From the NCBI RefSeq assembly GCF_009914755.1, contig NC_060932.1: a stretch of DNA of 64,000 nt, one strand, 5' to 3'. Position numbers and translations under genes: made by a program. The first letter of the stretch is position 1. Every line of letters starts with the position of its first letter. Positions 14,508 to 30,342 of the stretch are shown here, piece after piece. The notes beneath the pieces were generated by a model. The model did no database searches and was not told the origin of the DNA. It saw only the letters and a program-made list of their open reading frames with translations. This stretch comes from the human T2T-CHM13v2.0 reference genome, Homo sapiens.

Positions 14508-14920
14508 TGGTTTTCTGTTGTTGTTTTGTTACTTTTGGTCTAGGGAAAAAAGAGATATGCCTATTTGTTTATGATTTTTAAGATTCCTCATATCTAAGGA
14601 ATTCAGTTAAAATACATATGGCTAGCAATTTTGAGTTCTGCGAGGTGATGGTTTTCTTAGCCTATTTCAGATAGATTTTTCCAGCTGGGGATGCACTCCC
14701 AGGTCCCAGGAAGACACCGACGAGGAGCCAATCGTTGGGGGGCTTGTCGCTGACCCGCTCAGATAAGGTCCTTCAAGGACCGTGATCCCAATTCATCCGC
14801 AGAGAAGAAAATGGGGGAGAGTTGAATCACAAAGACACAAGGATTGTGTCATTGGAAAATGTACACTCAAGGCAGTTTAAGAAATGATTGTATTTGCTGA
14901 TTTTTCAAAGAATGCTAAAA

Positions 14921-15073
14921 CATATATATATGTATATATATGTATATATGTATATATATGTGTACGTATATATATGTATATATATACGTATATATATATG
15001 TATATATGTGTGTATATATATGTATATATATATACGTATATATGGACATGTACGCATACACGTACATACACAC
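14921..15073. repeat. Compound (TA)n/(TATG)n microsatellite
   Basis: About 150 bp of mostly alternating purine-pyrimidine sequence. Confidence 0.95.
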
Positions 15074-15373
15074 CACAACAGAGAGAAATGCATTTGATCC
15101 CCCTCAGAACTGGTGCACTAGCTAGGAAGGAAACCAGCAGCTGGACTCACCTAGTGAAGTAGCTTTGAGCAGAACCTGTGAAGAGTGGTAAGAAGCAAGG
15201 AAAACAGCACACCCAAATCAGCTTTCATATGCTAAGGCTTCCTCGTAAACTAATGTGGCATTTGCACAAAACATTGTAATCCTTGTCATCAGTTGGGTAC
15301 TAACAAAATGTAAACATTTTGTTTATACTTCATTCCATCTCTTCATTCATCCATCTGTCCATTATCCACCCCC

Positions 15374-15675
15374 TTTTTTTTTTTTTTTTTTTTGAGATGG
15401 AGTCTTGCTCTGTCACACAGGCTGGAGTGCAGTGATGTGACGTCAGCTCACTGCAAGCTCCGCCTCCCGGGTTCAAGCGATTCCCCTTCCTCAGGCTACC
15501 GAGTAGCTGGGATTATAGGTGTCCACCACCGCGCCTGTCTAATTTTTGTATTTTTAGTAGAGATGGGGTTTCACCATGTTGGCCAGGCTGGTCTAAAACT
15601 CCTGACCTCAGGCGATCTGCCCACCTCGGCCTTTCAGAGTGCTAGGATCACAGGCGTGAGCCACGGCGCCTGTCC
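15374..15675 (-). mobile_element. AluS (Sx-like)
   Basis: Poly-T then gagatggagtcttgctc...ggccaggctggtc...cctgacctcaggcgatctg; degenerate TSD atcc(a/g)ccc..tttt. Confidence 0.95.
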
Positions 15676-17429
15676 AATCCGCCCATTTTTTTGTAAGAAT
15701 ATTGTAGAGATTTTTGTCCCCGGTGGTCCACGGACCTGGACTGCCCATCTTGTCTCCTTAGTATGGAAATAGTGTCATCTAGTGGCCTTTATAACTGCAG
15801 CCCAGCTCCCCCACCTGCTTCCTGGAGCCATGGCTGGTCAACTGTTCTATGGGATGCAGTGGCTCAGGCACCCATCACCCCATCATGTGGCAGCTGCTGT
15901 CCACTGAAAGTACACTTAAAAAATGAGTGACCAGCTTCCTTATGTAGAATGGTTTTCTGCCAGGACAGTTGTTTGAAATTGGCAGTTATACAAATGGGTC
16001 CATTTTATACAATACTTGAGTAGCTGGAATAGAGACTGCAACTCTTAAATAGGTGTAGGAAGATTTTTAGACCATTTCATCATAATTCCATTTTTTTTCT
16101 TCTGAGGCCTGAGAAGATGTCATAACCAGCTTCTCTAAACTGCTTCGTGTTCACCGCTTTTGCCACTGAGAGGAGATCGGGTACCAGGCACTGTGGTGTG
16201 CATGCCCTTTGTGGGCAGTTGTCATTTTTGAAAGCAATTTGAGCTCTTCTAAATTCTCTCCACACACTGGCCCATGTCCCGGAAGGGCTCCGATCTTTCT
16301 TGCGTGGGCAGGATTGCCAATCCTCATTCTGATTCCTGACTGCAGGGTTCGTGCATGGATCGCGGGATGCCCGTGTGAGTGGGTTATTAGGGCCTTTCAG
16401 AAACTCGATTGTGCTCGAGCGTCCGTAAAGACCACTGGAGCCTCTGCCTTCCCCGCGGCTATTTCTAACTGCCCAGGCATCCAACGAGCAAACAGGGCCA
16501 GCAGCAAATTATCCCGTGGACATCTCATCCTACTGAAACATGATGAGACTGTTTTGAAGCTTCCTGCCTAAAACATATTTATGTTATCTTCAGAGTGAAA
16601 ATCCTGCAATTTGACTTGCATAGCATTGACATGACTTCAAAATAAAATAGCTTCCTTTCCTAATAATTGAGTTAGCTCTACAGTGTAAAAGTCGATAGAA
16701 CAAATATTGCTGAGAAAAGCAACTTTCCATTGATTTGTTCAGGAATAGACTCAACAAGTATGTACATACTACCCAGAGAAAAGCCATGCTTTGCTTTCAG
16801 AATCAAAACATTTTAGGGGAATAGTGTAGGATTAATCTTCAGTTTTTGCATCAGGCACCGGAGTATGCTGAAAACAAAATTAAACATAAATTATAACTTT
16901 ACATAAAAGAGTTTGGGAAGGAAACAGATGACAGAGGCGTAACTATAATAATGATTATAACAGGATTTCTTTAATTTTCAGTCAGCATTATACCTCGTTT
17001 GTCACTTATTAACACCTAATTTTCTTTATTGAACTGTTACTTTATGTACTCCCAAAACCATGGAACAAATATTGATCTAACACCTCCCAGGCATTAGGCA
17101 ATATCATGTATTAATAAACTGTGTTTTCACTTACCTCATTTCTGATTCTACCAAGGACAAAACACCTTCTTTATTTAATCTTTTCTGCTTAAAATGCAAA
17201 ATAACCTTGAATGAGTTTTTCAAAGCTCCAAAATGAGGAAAATGCATTCGATTATGTTTTTATAAGGTCAATACTTTAAAATTTTTGATCAAAACTTCTT
17301 CTAATGCCACTTTGAATTACGGTTTCAAGTGTTTTGCTGGGTAAGCAGCATATTACATAGCCAGATTTTTCTACCATTTGATCCACTGACTTTATTACAC
17401 TGTGTTTTGTGTTTTATGTAACGAACTAG

Positions 17430-17560
17430 AAAATCTCTTTAAATGGAGGTTTTCTCATCTGCTCAATTACGGTGATAATGCATACAGCTAAGGCTGTTTG
17501 GAAAATCCAATGAACTTATCTCTACACTCTCTGGCAGGTCGCGGATTCTCAGTGATGTTT
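17430..17560 (+). mobile_element. MIR remnant
   Basis: tttctcatctg...gtgataatg...aggctgtttggaaaatccaatga resembles the MIR core. Confidence 0.45.
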
Positions 17561-18412
17561 CCCTTCCCTTCCCTTCCTAACTGCGTGTTTCATTCATAGT
17601 CATGCAGAGGGACTATCGATTTACCTTGAACACACCTTTTTATTATAAATCTACATTCTTGCTTTTTACTATGCATGCTTAATATTTGTATAGTTAATTA
17701 TATGTTTACCAGTTCAGTTCTTTTCAATTAATTCTTGCTTATCTTTGTAATGTACATTAATAATGGGAAAAATATCTTTGGTTATCTAAACAGACGGCTT
17801 AAACCATCATTTCTGATCACCCTTTATGGAATGACCTTTCTTCAGGGATTGCTTTTGCAATGGTACATAATCTCTGGAAGTCCGTGTTTGTCTTTGTTTC
17901 TGCGGCATAAAATAAAATGAGATTCTTCAGTGGCAATAAACTATGAAGTCATCCAACATAAAACAATTTATCTCGGCTAAAAGAATGTGGCATAGAAAGT
18001 AGATGTTTTTCCGAAGCATCATGCTGTACAATAAGTCTATCTTTCACATAGTATATATATTAAGTAAGTTGTATTTTGCAAAACATAAAATGTTCTACAT
18101 TACAGATCATTATTCCTGAAAAGAACACTTGTGTCATAGAAACTCCGTGTCAAGTCAAGCGAACTTGAAATGACTCATGAATAGCAGCAGTTATTCCCCT
18201 TAGAAATATTTGTGACAAGTAATCTTCATAAACTATTTCTGATCTAAAACAAACAAAGTAAAACAAACTTAAGAAATACATTATCCAGTTGGACTCATAG
18301 TGAGATAAATTGGATTTTTTAACATAAGAAAGTGATTCTTTAAGAGGAGTTAGAAGATGGGAATATTTTAGAGTAGTTTGATATTTCAGTGTTCAGAGAA
18401 ATATACTACTAA

Positions 18413-18733
18413 GGCCGGGCACAGTGGCTCCCACCTGTAATCCCAGCACTTTGAGAGGCTGAGGCAGGTGGATTGCTTGAGCTCAGGAGTTCAAGACCAG
18501 GCTGGGCAACATAGCCAAACCTCATTGCCACAAAAAATGACAAACATTAGCCGAGCATGGTGGCACATGCCTGTGGTCCTAGCTCCTTGGGAGGCTGAGG
18601 TGGGGGATGGCTTGAGCCCAGGAGGCAGAGGTTGCAGTGGTCCAAAATTGTGCCACTGGACTCCAGCCTGTGTGACAGAGCCAGACCTTGTCTCAATTAA
18701 AACCAAACCAAAACAACAACAACTACAAAAAAC
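18413..18733 (+). mobile_element. AluJ
   Basis: ggccgggcacagtggctc...ggattgcttgagctcaggagttcaagaccag; mixed A/C tail. Confidence 0.95.
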
Positions 18734-21650
18734 AGTTAAGAAAATTATACAAGAAGCATTAAAAAGAAAGATATTTTGATGTCTACTGTTATATAACAGG
18801 GTATTTGTTTCTTTACTCAACAATAAGCAAGATTCTACCTTCATTTTAAAGGCAGGTAGGTCAGATAAATAGAGAGAGTATATTTTATAACCTACTTCTA
18901 AATACAGTCTTGGCTTATTGGCTTGTCTCAGACAAGCTGCAATAAACAACTTGTAGCTTAATTATTCTGGTAGAGATTCTAAACATAGAACACAAGTGTG
19001 AAAACTCCAAACTCCTCGCTGGGGGAATTTCCACTTTTCTACGTGGACTCAATGTTAGTTCCTGTGAGAGCTCTTCTTTGATGAAATTCAATTCATATAG
19101 GTTTGGTCTCTCTGTATTGATTTCTTTATCTGAAAAACAGCACCTAACTGAAGCCCTGGACAAATAAGAAAAATGAAAGAATTATAGACTCCTTGTCTAC
19201 CTGCAGTGGCGTCATGAACCAGTCAGTGACCCTGGACTTTTCAAAGACAAAAGAAACCTCAAAGTCCTTTCTGACAATGAAACACAGTTACAAAAGTCAA
19301 GAGATTTTGTCTATGGAAGGGTCTGGTGTGCTTCTGGAAAAATACACACGCCTACTCCAAGAATATGCAATGTACGAATCTGTGCATCCCATAAACACTG
19401 AACATGTAATACGCATTTGACATTATGCTAATTGTTTGAAATAAGACATTATCTTGCCATCTAGCCTCTTACAATACAATGTGGGGAGCAACTAGGAAAG
19501 TGATTCTCATTTTAGATATTAATTATTAATCAATAGTAAGACCTATTCCCAGAGATAATAATTGCCAAGAAAAGAGTGAAGAGCCCGAGGTCTTGATGAG
19601 TACAGGGCAACTGTAAACAAGATTCATTTTGATATAAGCAAATAGTTTTTTATTAAGCTGAAGAAAAATCTTAGTGAAAGTAAAATCACAGTGTGTTCGA
19701 TGGAGAAGATGGGGCAGAAGCTGTTGCCCACAGATAAAAGTGCTCAACAATCCACCCTTCTCTGAATGCCTTCCCTTCTTCATTCCATCCTCAACTTCCC
19801 TATAGATGCCTCTAGAATCATCTCTCAAATAAACTGCTGGTTTTTCAGTTCTTTCTTTGTATACACCACCTCAGATACATTTTTGTGGTGGCCCTCCGTA
19901 TAAAAAGGGTTAAGTCCATTTGTCCTGAGTAACCTGGGGGCTGCCATGTTGAATTCTCTTTGTCAAGGTCATTCTTAGAACCGAGGGCATCATTAGAATT
20001 GTGTAGTGGGAGCAGCGGAGTTCTGGGAGGACCTCATTTTCTCCTCCTTGTGTCCTCATCCAGTGTCCCTGTCCCACCTGTTGACTGGTGCTCCCTCGTC
20101 CTTTGCCCTTGCCTTCACCTACCTGGCATGAGCTTTGCCTGAACAATTTGGCAATGCCCTGATCATTGTTGCCATGAGATAGCTGCAATTCGAACCTGTG
20201 CCTCATCTCTTCCCGTGCTCCTGAATCTCCTTTTCCCCTTATCTTGTGGCTATGCAATTCTGCTCTTGGTAAATGTTTGAAGGGAAAAGTATGTTGTGAG
20301 GTCTCATTGGCTTGGGACGAGCTTCACATTGTCTGAGACCTTTACCACGGCTGGAGAGGACAGAGGACACATGTTGAAAGCCATGCCTGCTGAGTGACTG
20401 CAGACAGGGCAGGTTGGCAACACAAGTCATCCAGCAGGTATGGCCACGTCTCTGAAATGACTGCTGCGTAGCAGTCTCAGTGCACTTCATGGAACTTGTA
20501 TTCAAACTTTAAGCGATTTTTGTGGCGGGGCTCAGACGCTGTTCCTGACAGACAGCAGCATCGGTCAACACCTCTTCATGCCATGAGACAAGTGTTCTCA
20601 TCACTTATATCAGACATTTCAGCCCAAAGACATTTACTAGAGTTTTTGAATAGAGAGATTTAGGTGAAGTGTTTCTATTTGTTTCCTATGTCTACCAACC
20701 CAGAACATAAACCATAATACTTGGCTAAAGACATTGAGTGTTTTACTGATATTAGTTCATTTTCTTAGCCTGTGCGTGACAAGTATTGCTTCTTTAAGTA
20801 TGGTTTAGGCCGACTTAGAAAGAAGACTGATGCTTGCAATAATCAAAGTCTTCAGAAACTTTTAAAGCTGTGTTATCAGCAAAAGGCCAATTAACTAATT
20901 TTGAATATCTAGACAGTAAAAGTGAAGTGTCTCTGAATGGTGCCCATTGAATTCAACATAAAATATGATCAGTATTAATTAACAGTACAAAGTAAGACCA
21001 CAAATATTTACATTATGCTTTCAGCAGATATCTGGTAGTTCTCACTGAGATAATTCGACAAAAATATGGATTTTCTTGTTGTTGACACGACAGGAGGGAA
21101 TCTGATTAAAAAAAAAACTTTCGCAATGAAACTAAATCTAACACATTAGAAATTCTCCAATTTGACAAATTGCATTTTAATGAGAGGCATCATATGAGAA
21201 AAACATGTTGATAATTATTTCTGATCAGATGCTACCCTGTTGCTAGCAATGTGAATCCTCATTGCTACAATCATTCAGTTATCCAGGGAGACTTCAGATT
21301 GTCTGTTACATATTTTGAAGTGTATTCCAGAGTTTTGTTGTTATTGTTGTGGGGCAGGTTTGTTTTTCATTGAAATAAAGTAAATGTACCATTTGCTCCA
21401 AATTTATTACGTATTTCCAGTGTAATTATTACCTAAAGTTTTATGTAGAACAAACCCATTTAAAATCAGAAATGCATAGGATAAAATACTTTTCCCTCCT
21501 AAACACTGACAAAATAATTATAGTCCATTCAAATGGAAAATATTCACCAAGATATTTTTTTCTATTCCCATCAGTATCTGAATATTGACAAACGTTGTCT
21601 GTTTTGAAGTGGTCAGTGTTTTTACACATCAGAAGCTGGGCTCAGAATGT

Positions 21651-21795
21651 GCTTTTATGGAGGTATAATTGGTATACAAAAACCTGCATATATTTAATGT
21701 ATGCCATTTGATGGGTCTGGACAGATGCCAACACCCGTGAAACCATCAACGCAATCCAGATGATAGACACATTGAATACCTCTGAAAGCTTCTTC
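21651..21795 (-). mobile_element. L1MA/L1MB 3' end fragment
   Basis: gcttttatggaggtataattggtatacaaaaacctgcatatatttaatgtat...acacccgtgaaaccatca matches the antisense L1M 3' terminus. Confidence 0.8.
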
Positions 21796-22122
21796 TAGCG
21801 TTTTTATTTTAGACCTGTGGTTGCCTAACTTCAAAGACCTTTACAGGTAGCAACACAGTGACAAGAGGACCAGATCCAGGCTGTCACTCAGACTTTAATC
21901 CTTGCAGGTGCCTCTCTCTGCTGTCCTCCTCCCTGAGGTGGACTCTAGACTCACCTGTGCCATCCTCAGCCCCACAGTCAAGGGCTGCTACTTAAAGAAT
22001 CTGTCACTCTGCAGGGGCAAAATTTCCAATCCTCCCAGGTCACATTTTGTTAAGTTTGATCATTCCTTCCATTTGTCAACTAATGAAAAAAATCAGCCTT
22101 TTAAATAATTAAAATTAGTTTT

Positions 22123-22398
<276 letters not shown>

Positions 22399-22672
22399 TT
22401 AGTCCTATTCAGAGTCCTACTGATGACTGCGATCCAGGCAAGTCTTTTAGAGAGTTTCTGTCGGATTGCTCCAAAGCAGAATTTCCGCCCGCAGCTTCTC
22501 TGCTGGCGGTGGGGGTTCTGCAGATGCTCAGGGTTTCCTTTAGAGCAAAGCTCATCAGTGTTTGGGTGCAAGAGTCCATCGGTTATAGATGGCAGAGGCA
22601 TAATCTCTAATCCTGGTGGATGTTGTCTTATGTACAGAAAAAGGCCAGGTCTAGGATCATTGGACTTATATC

Positions 22673-23016
<344 letters not shown>

Positions 23017-23299
23017 TAGGCAAAAGAGCCATGGGGACCAACGCTCTTCCCTTATTGCCCGTGGGACATTCTTCCGGAGGGCTGTGCTCAGTCACTGCGT
23101 CAGGGGTTTATGAAGTTATGCAGAAGGGCAAAATGTGCCTGGGTGGCTTCATGGCAGGCGCCAACCCTGTGGCTGGTCAGAGGCAGGTGTTTGCTTTCTC
23201 TCACACATCAAAGCCGCTGTCTCCAAGAAACTTTTCCCATTTCTTTTGGACGTTGTTCTGTTTTCACTTTGCTAAATTAGAAACTATGGATTGTTTTTT

Positions 23300-23570
23300 G
23301 CCAGACTATTGTATATTTATAATATGAACCATTCCATAAATAAATACATATTTAACATGTGTGTGAACAGTGGCTGTGAGATACAATAATGATATTAAAA
23401 TAAACATCCATGAAGCCAGAAACCAGATCACAAAACGCAACATTACCGATGCCCTTACATCCCCAGTGAGCACCATTGATCCTTATGTCTGTGCTGTTTA
23501 TTCTTTAAAATACTGCTTATTCTTTTAAAATATATATGGGCCAGAATCTCCAAGTCGTCTGTAAATATTT
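23300..23570 (-). mobile_element. Ancient L1ME 3' remnant
   Basis: aataaacatccatgaagcc...accagatcacaaaacgcaacattacc resembles the antisense L1ME 3' UTR. Confidence 0.45.
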
Positions 23571-23989
23571 AGAGGTCGTAAAGTTCTTCCTTATCCCCGT
23601 GTGCCTAAGGAGTAACGATCACTCAAAAAATACTTGCTCGTTTGTTTGTATGACTAAACCACTTATTAGGTTTATACAGTTTCTGCTAGGATTATTTGGT
23701 TTATTCTTACCCAGAATTTCAGTTCACATTGGTGACTTTCTTCCCCATTTTATGTTCATAATTTCTTCCCAAGGGGTACCACTGGACATCTTTGCTTTAG
23801 AAACATAAACATAGCAACTTTCACCTCTCGTATTGAAAACTCTACAACACCTTCCAATCTCTCTCGTGATACAAGCGAGATTCTTGGCTGTGTCCCCAGA
23901 AGTTCTCCCCCAAGCCCTCCCTTCCTGGGTAGATCTCAGCCTCACTCTGAGACACAGAGTCTCAGACACATAATCAACTGAGAATCCTG

Positions 23990-24280
23990 TGAACCACAGA
24001 GATTTGTTTCTCGCAGTTCCGGAGGCTGAAAGTCCAAGATCCAGGCAGATTTGGTGTCTGGTGAGGCCCCCTTCCCGCTTCCTAGATGGCGCCTGTCACT
24101 GAATCCTCATATCCATCCGGAGGGGTGAGGGAGCTCTCTGAGGGCCCTTCGGAAGGACCCTAGTCCCATTTGTGAGGACTCCACCTTCACAACGCCATCA
24201 CCTCCCAAAGCCCAGCCTCCTAATACCAACACTTCCGTGTTAGGATTTCAACAGGTATCTGAGGGCTCGAACGCGAGGCC
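23990..24280 (-). mobile_element. MaLR solo LTR, MLT1A-like
   Basis: ttctcgcagttccggaggctgaaagtccaagatc...tggtgtctggtgaggccc...cacctcccaaagccc...cctcctaatacc...ttaggatttcaaca. Confidence 0.85.
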
Positions 24281-24399
24281 CTTTGAACCCTGCCATGGTG
24301 GCACTCCCTGCTCCTGGCCCCTTACCACTGCTCCCAGGGTCAGAGAGCACATTCCCCCCGGCCTGGCCCTCCTGGCCCTTCTGCCCGAGATTCTCTGCT

Positions 24400-24680
24400 G
24401 CGGGTCTCACCCCGCTTTCCAGGCAGGTCCAGAGCTCCCTGGATAACACAGAAACCCGGCACTCTAGCCGCTGCTCTCCTACTCTCTTCTTTATTTTTAC
24501 ACATAGTACTTATAATCATGCAACTTTCTAATATCTACAAAATGTACCAATGTATTTGTTATCATCTGTCTCTCCCGCAAAATGAATTTTCCCGTTTTAC
24601 TTATTCCTCTGTTCCCAGATCTAGAAAAGCACCTGGCACATACTAGCACAAAACAAATATTTTTTAATTAATTGGATAAA
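24400..24680 (+). mobile_element. L2 3' end remnant
   Basis: atctgtctctccc...cccagatctagaaaagcacctggcacatactagcac...aaatatt. Confidence 0.6.
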
Positions 24681-25014
24681 CATAAAATGCTTAACGAGGC
24701 TGTGAAAAGCTGGAGCAAATCATTAAATTGAGTATGACAACCAGCGCCAGTTTACACAAGCTACTTTATGTAGTAAAATAAAATAAAATTAACATAATTA
24801 ATGAAACCTTAAAACAGAGATCTAATAATTATATTAATTGGGCCCATAAAGTTGTCATAAATGCTATTTTTTTTTTGCCATGAACACACTCTACAAGGAT
24901 GGTTTTCTTTTGTATGTAAGAAAATTCATAAACATTAGGCACATGTGCTTATTTTCAGACGTTTTGTGAAGAGTGGGTCATTCTTACTATGGAAGTAATT
25001 TTGATGTTGAGTGA

Positions 25015-25359
<345 letters not shown>

Positions 25360-25585
25360 GGAATTCTCAAATAGTAAGCCTCAGCCTGTTTAATGATCTC
25401 TCCGACATTATTTAATAAATCAAGAACAGGTGCTGAGTGCCACATTCAACACTCTATGAGACTGAAGCATAAAAGAGATGGTTTCCTATTGGGAGTGTTG
25501 GGTGAAGGGGGAGATAAAGAAAAGACAGCGTGTGCGCTGCCCACTCAGAGCAGCGTGATCGTGTACAATAATGACTTAGCAAGCA

Positions 25586-25714
25586 GGCCAGGCGCGGCAG
25601 CTCACACTCGTAATCCCAGCACTTTGGGAGGCAGAGGCAGGGGGATTGGTTGAGGGAAGGAGCTCAAGACCAGCCTGAGAAATATAAATGAGACCTCTTC
25701 TCTACAAAAAAAAT
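25586..25714 (+). mobile_element. Alu left monomer (FLAM-like)
   Basis: ggccaggcgcggcagctcacactcgtaatcccagcactttgggagg...ctctacaaaaaaaa with no right arm. Confidence 0.85.
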
Positions 25715-26118
25715 TAGCAAAACATATTTAGCAAACAAATGACCATGGGCTGAAGCCAATGGGGACGTGTTCTCTATGGAGCTGGGATAGGAGCTGTGCC
25801 TCAAGGAGGAGGCCAGCTCATAAAACAGCAAGACCCCAGCACTGGCATAGAGACCAACAGCCCCTTTTTCAGGAGAGAAAAGGTGGTCTGCAGAGGGAGA
25901 GGGCCCTGGAGCAGAGGCTTCTCTGTGATGCTGTGGGAAAGTTGTCTATTTCCAAAGGAAGGGAAGGGTGATTGAGGGACATGCTTTGTAGGATTCAACT
26001 AATTATGTAACTAAACAATGTCTCATTATTTTTCAGATAAGTAATGTGTATATATTATTCCAGTTCAACCAGTGAGGCCACAACATGATTTACATGACTA
26101 TTTCTCAACCATTATATT

Positions 26119-26220
26119 TAGATAGAGAGATAGATACATATGTAAATAGAGCTAGAGAGATGATAGGTGATAGATTACATAGAGTTAGATCAGTAGATAC
26201 ATAGAATAGCTGCACAGATA
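26119..26220. repeat. Degenerate (TAGA)n microsatellite
   Basis: Repeated tagatag/gatagat motifs. Confidence 0.7.
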
Positions 26221-26575
26221 AAATATAAAAATTATCATGATTTAACGGTAAGAATGTAGTTGAAAGTGTGGCATTGCTACAGGTTCTTTTTCTAAATTTT
26301 GTTACAATTGAGGAAAGAGAGAGATGGTGGGCAAAGGTCAATTAAAAAAAGGATTAAAAATAACTTTAGAAAAAAAATCAACATGCAATTGCATAGAAGG
26401 AAAAAGACTAGAATTTGAGTCAGTTTTAAAGAGAATTCTATTGCCAAACCTAACAAGCCTGGTGCAAATCCCCTCACTTTTCGTAGCCAAGGGTGCAGGG
26501 AGAAGCCACCTGCAAAGACCCTTGCAGCCCGTAACAAAGGCTTCCTCCCCAACACCCAGTTGTTAGGTGGCTTTA

Positions 26576-26852
<277 letters not shown>

Positions 26853-28769
26853 GTCAGAGAACCTTCTCCCGTGACCATCGCCAGGGCGGAGAATCTTCAC
26901 CAAGCCTGCTCAGCAATATCTGATTATCGTTGTGGAGCACAGACTGTTGCGTGCTTCCAATCCCCACCCTCTTTCTGAAACACAGTAAACGGTGTCCACT
27001 TTTCGCGACCCATCAATGTGCGCTGGGCACTTGGTGGACAGGCATCTTGCCCAGCAATGTGTGTTTGTAGCAGACCACAGGCATCCAAGCATGACCCAGA
27101 GGACGCAGCCACCCCCAGGGGTCTTAGATCTTGGGGTGATGATGTGAGAGGATGGAGTTTAATGTAGTCGCCCTCGAGAGGGAATGAATGTGCTCCACGT
27201 GTGAAAATGAAGCTACACACAGTTTATAAGGAGTGTTTCACAGATGGCTGCTTATTCCTTAGGTTTTTCTCCACTTGAACCCTCATGATGGAATTCCAGA
27301 TGTCCTTGCAGTTCACCGTGGCCACGCGCCTACGTCATAGCCAAGGGGAACTGAGTGGCGCTCCCTCCAGAGGTTGTCTTTCCACGTGGGGCGTGGGCTC
27401 TTCTGGGCATTTTGGTTTCCTCCCTTTCCCACATGCAGGAATTTAGATGGCAGCCGCGCAGCCGTGACCGTGAAGACAGGAACAAGAAGCAGGGGCTGAC
27501 AGAGCACCACGGTGGAGCGAAGCTGTGTTACATCAAACTGGACTTCACAGAATTCACCCCTGGGAAAATGCAAATGACTTGCTGGAAACACACTGGATAC
27601 TAACCTTAATACTTCCTTTCTCTTGCTCTTCTGTTAGCAGACCTAATCTCTAAACACAGTTAGTATAATGCTTGCTTCCCTGGCAGCTCTAACAATTCCT
27701 ACTCTGTTGACATCCCAGTAGCTTTGATGGGAACCGCTAATGCCCGTGTGGACCTCCTCTGGAGACGGGCAATTGCAGTTTTCTAAAATGCATTGAAATA
27801 GGATTGAAACTCGAGTATTTAATAGAAATTTCTCACATTCCCATTTCCCTTCACTAGCATGAAAATGACCTCCAAATAAATGATTTTATTTATTTTATCT
27901 CAGAGCTCTCCTTGCATTGCACCTTTATTTCATAGAAAATTGATCTGGTCCTTGAAAAGGTCAGCCAATCCTTGGGAGAAATTTTGTGATTTATTATTGA
28001 TGTATACAGGAGTGGACCGAGGTGATGCTTGGCACACAGCACTGGTGATGGTGCTGACTGGACCTTACGAGCTTGGATTTTCATTTTCTTCTCCATTCTC
28101 CTTATGCTTAGGAGTACTCCTGTGTTACTTGTGCTATGCATTGCCCCACATATTCCTTTACAGTGGAAAGCTGTAGTTTTTGTTTTGCTTTAATAATACT
28201 CAACATAATAAAATATTTATATAGTGAATCTAAGGCTATTCTTACTATAAAGAAATTGCAGCCCTTAAATATTTGAACTACTTTTTTCAGTGTTCACATT
28301 TCCCGTTAAGAAAAAAAAACTAATTTTTTACATGCATCATCATTAATTAGTGTAGTTTAATTAGTGTTTAGCTAAAAAGTAAACAGGGACCTAAATTAAG
28401 TTTGTTAGACAGTGCTAGAATTTACTGGGCTCCAGTAAATTTCACCTGGGTTTCAGGCAGGAAGAAAGTAAGGATGTGTTTGGAAAAACTATTTTTTAAT
28501 AAAGACTTATCTGGCTCTTTTATAATACTACATTTAATAAAGATTTGTCTGACTCTTTTATAATACTGTGCAAATCAAAACATCAGTAAGGAGTAAAATC
28601 CCTAAAAGCTGGTTGTTTAATGATGAAATTTGGCCAACGATTAAGCTTAATCATTTTTAAAATAACTAAATTCCATGAATAATATTTCCATGATTCTACA
28701 TTGGGATGCTCCCAAATTACCTTAAAGGTTGTTGACATTAAAAACTCACCCTGTAGATATATGGGCTAA

Positions 28770-29095
<326 letters not shown>

Positions 29096-29252
29096 TTATG
29101 TTATAATTAATATTATCATTATTATTTTTCTTTAGTTATTGTTTGGTCTCAATGGCTTCCCAATCACCCACGTAATTTGCTCTGTACTAAGAGATACCTT
29201 TAATCACAGTTAGTACTACATAGCATTTAGTAATTCATTATTTCTTTTAAAA

Positions 29253-29427
29253 ATTATTTATTATTTTTAGAGAAGGGGGTCTCATTATGTTGCCCAGGTT
29301 GGAGTGCAGTGGCTATTCACAAGCAGGATCATAGATCACCACAGCCTTGAACTCCTGGACTGAAGAGGTCCTCCCTTCTCAGCCTCCAGAGCAGCTGGGA
29401 CTACACGTGTGCACCCCAGAGCCCGGC
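29253..29427 (-). mobile_element. FAM (fossil Alu monomer, 7SL-derived)
   Basis: Retains the 7SL segment gtgcagtggctattcaca that dimeric Alus lack; TSD 14/16 identical at 29230-29245 and 29429-29444. Confidence 0.88.
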
Positions 29428-29931
29428 TGTAATTTATTCTTTCTGTACTCACACCTGGGACTGCGGACAACGTAATGATTGCCTATTCTGGTTGATTTTC
29501 TGCTTTAAGCAGAGATGGAAAGTGTTTGAGGTCAGTTTCAAATACCTTTAGGCTGTAAATTCCTAGGTTATCAAATTCTGTGTCATTGAAGGCATAGGAG
29601 CAAGACCAGATTGACTTTGCTGCATGAAGTCTACAAATAAATACTTGAGATTACCTGGGAGAAAAGGGACAGTTACGGAGGAACAGGGGCAGTGATAATG
29701 GGCACCGTCTGTGGGGTTTTCCCCAAGGGTAAACGCAGAGCCCTGGGAGAAAAGGAGGCTGGCTGTACAGTAGCTGGCACCACTAAGAGTTGGGTTGTGG
29801 TGTGGGATTACCCTGCTCAGGATTTGACAGATTACAGATATTCTTCCAAATAAAAGAGGCTTTCTAAAAAAAAAAGTGGATCCTACGAACACTCATTTAT
29901 ACTCTCAATCAAAACAATTCACTTGGGAATT

Positions 29932-30342
<411 letters not shown>

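Noticed and set aside
29253-29427. 7SL RNA gene
   Set aside because: Only the Alu domain with a short S-domain stub is present, and it is diverged and tailed, which fits FAM.
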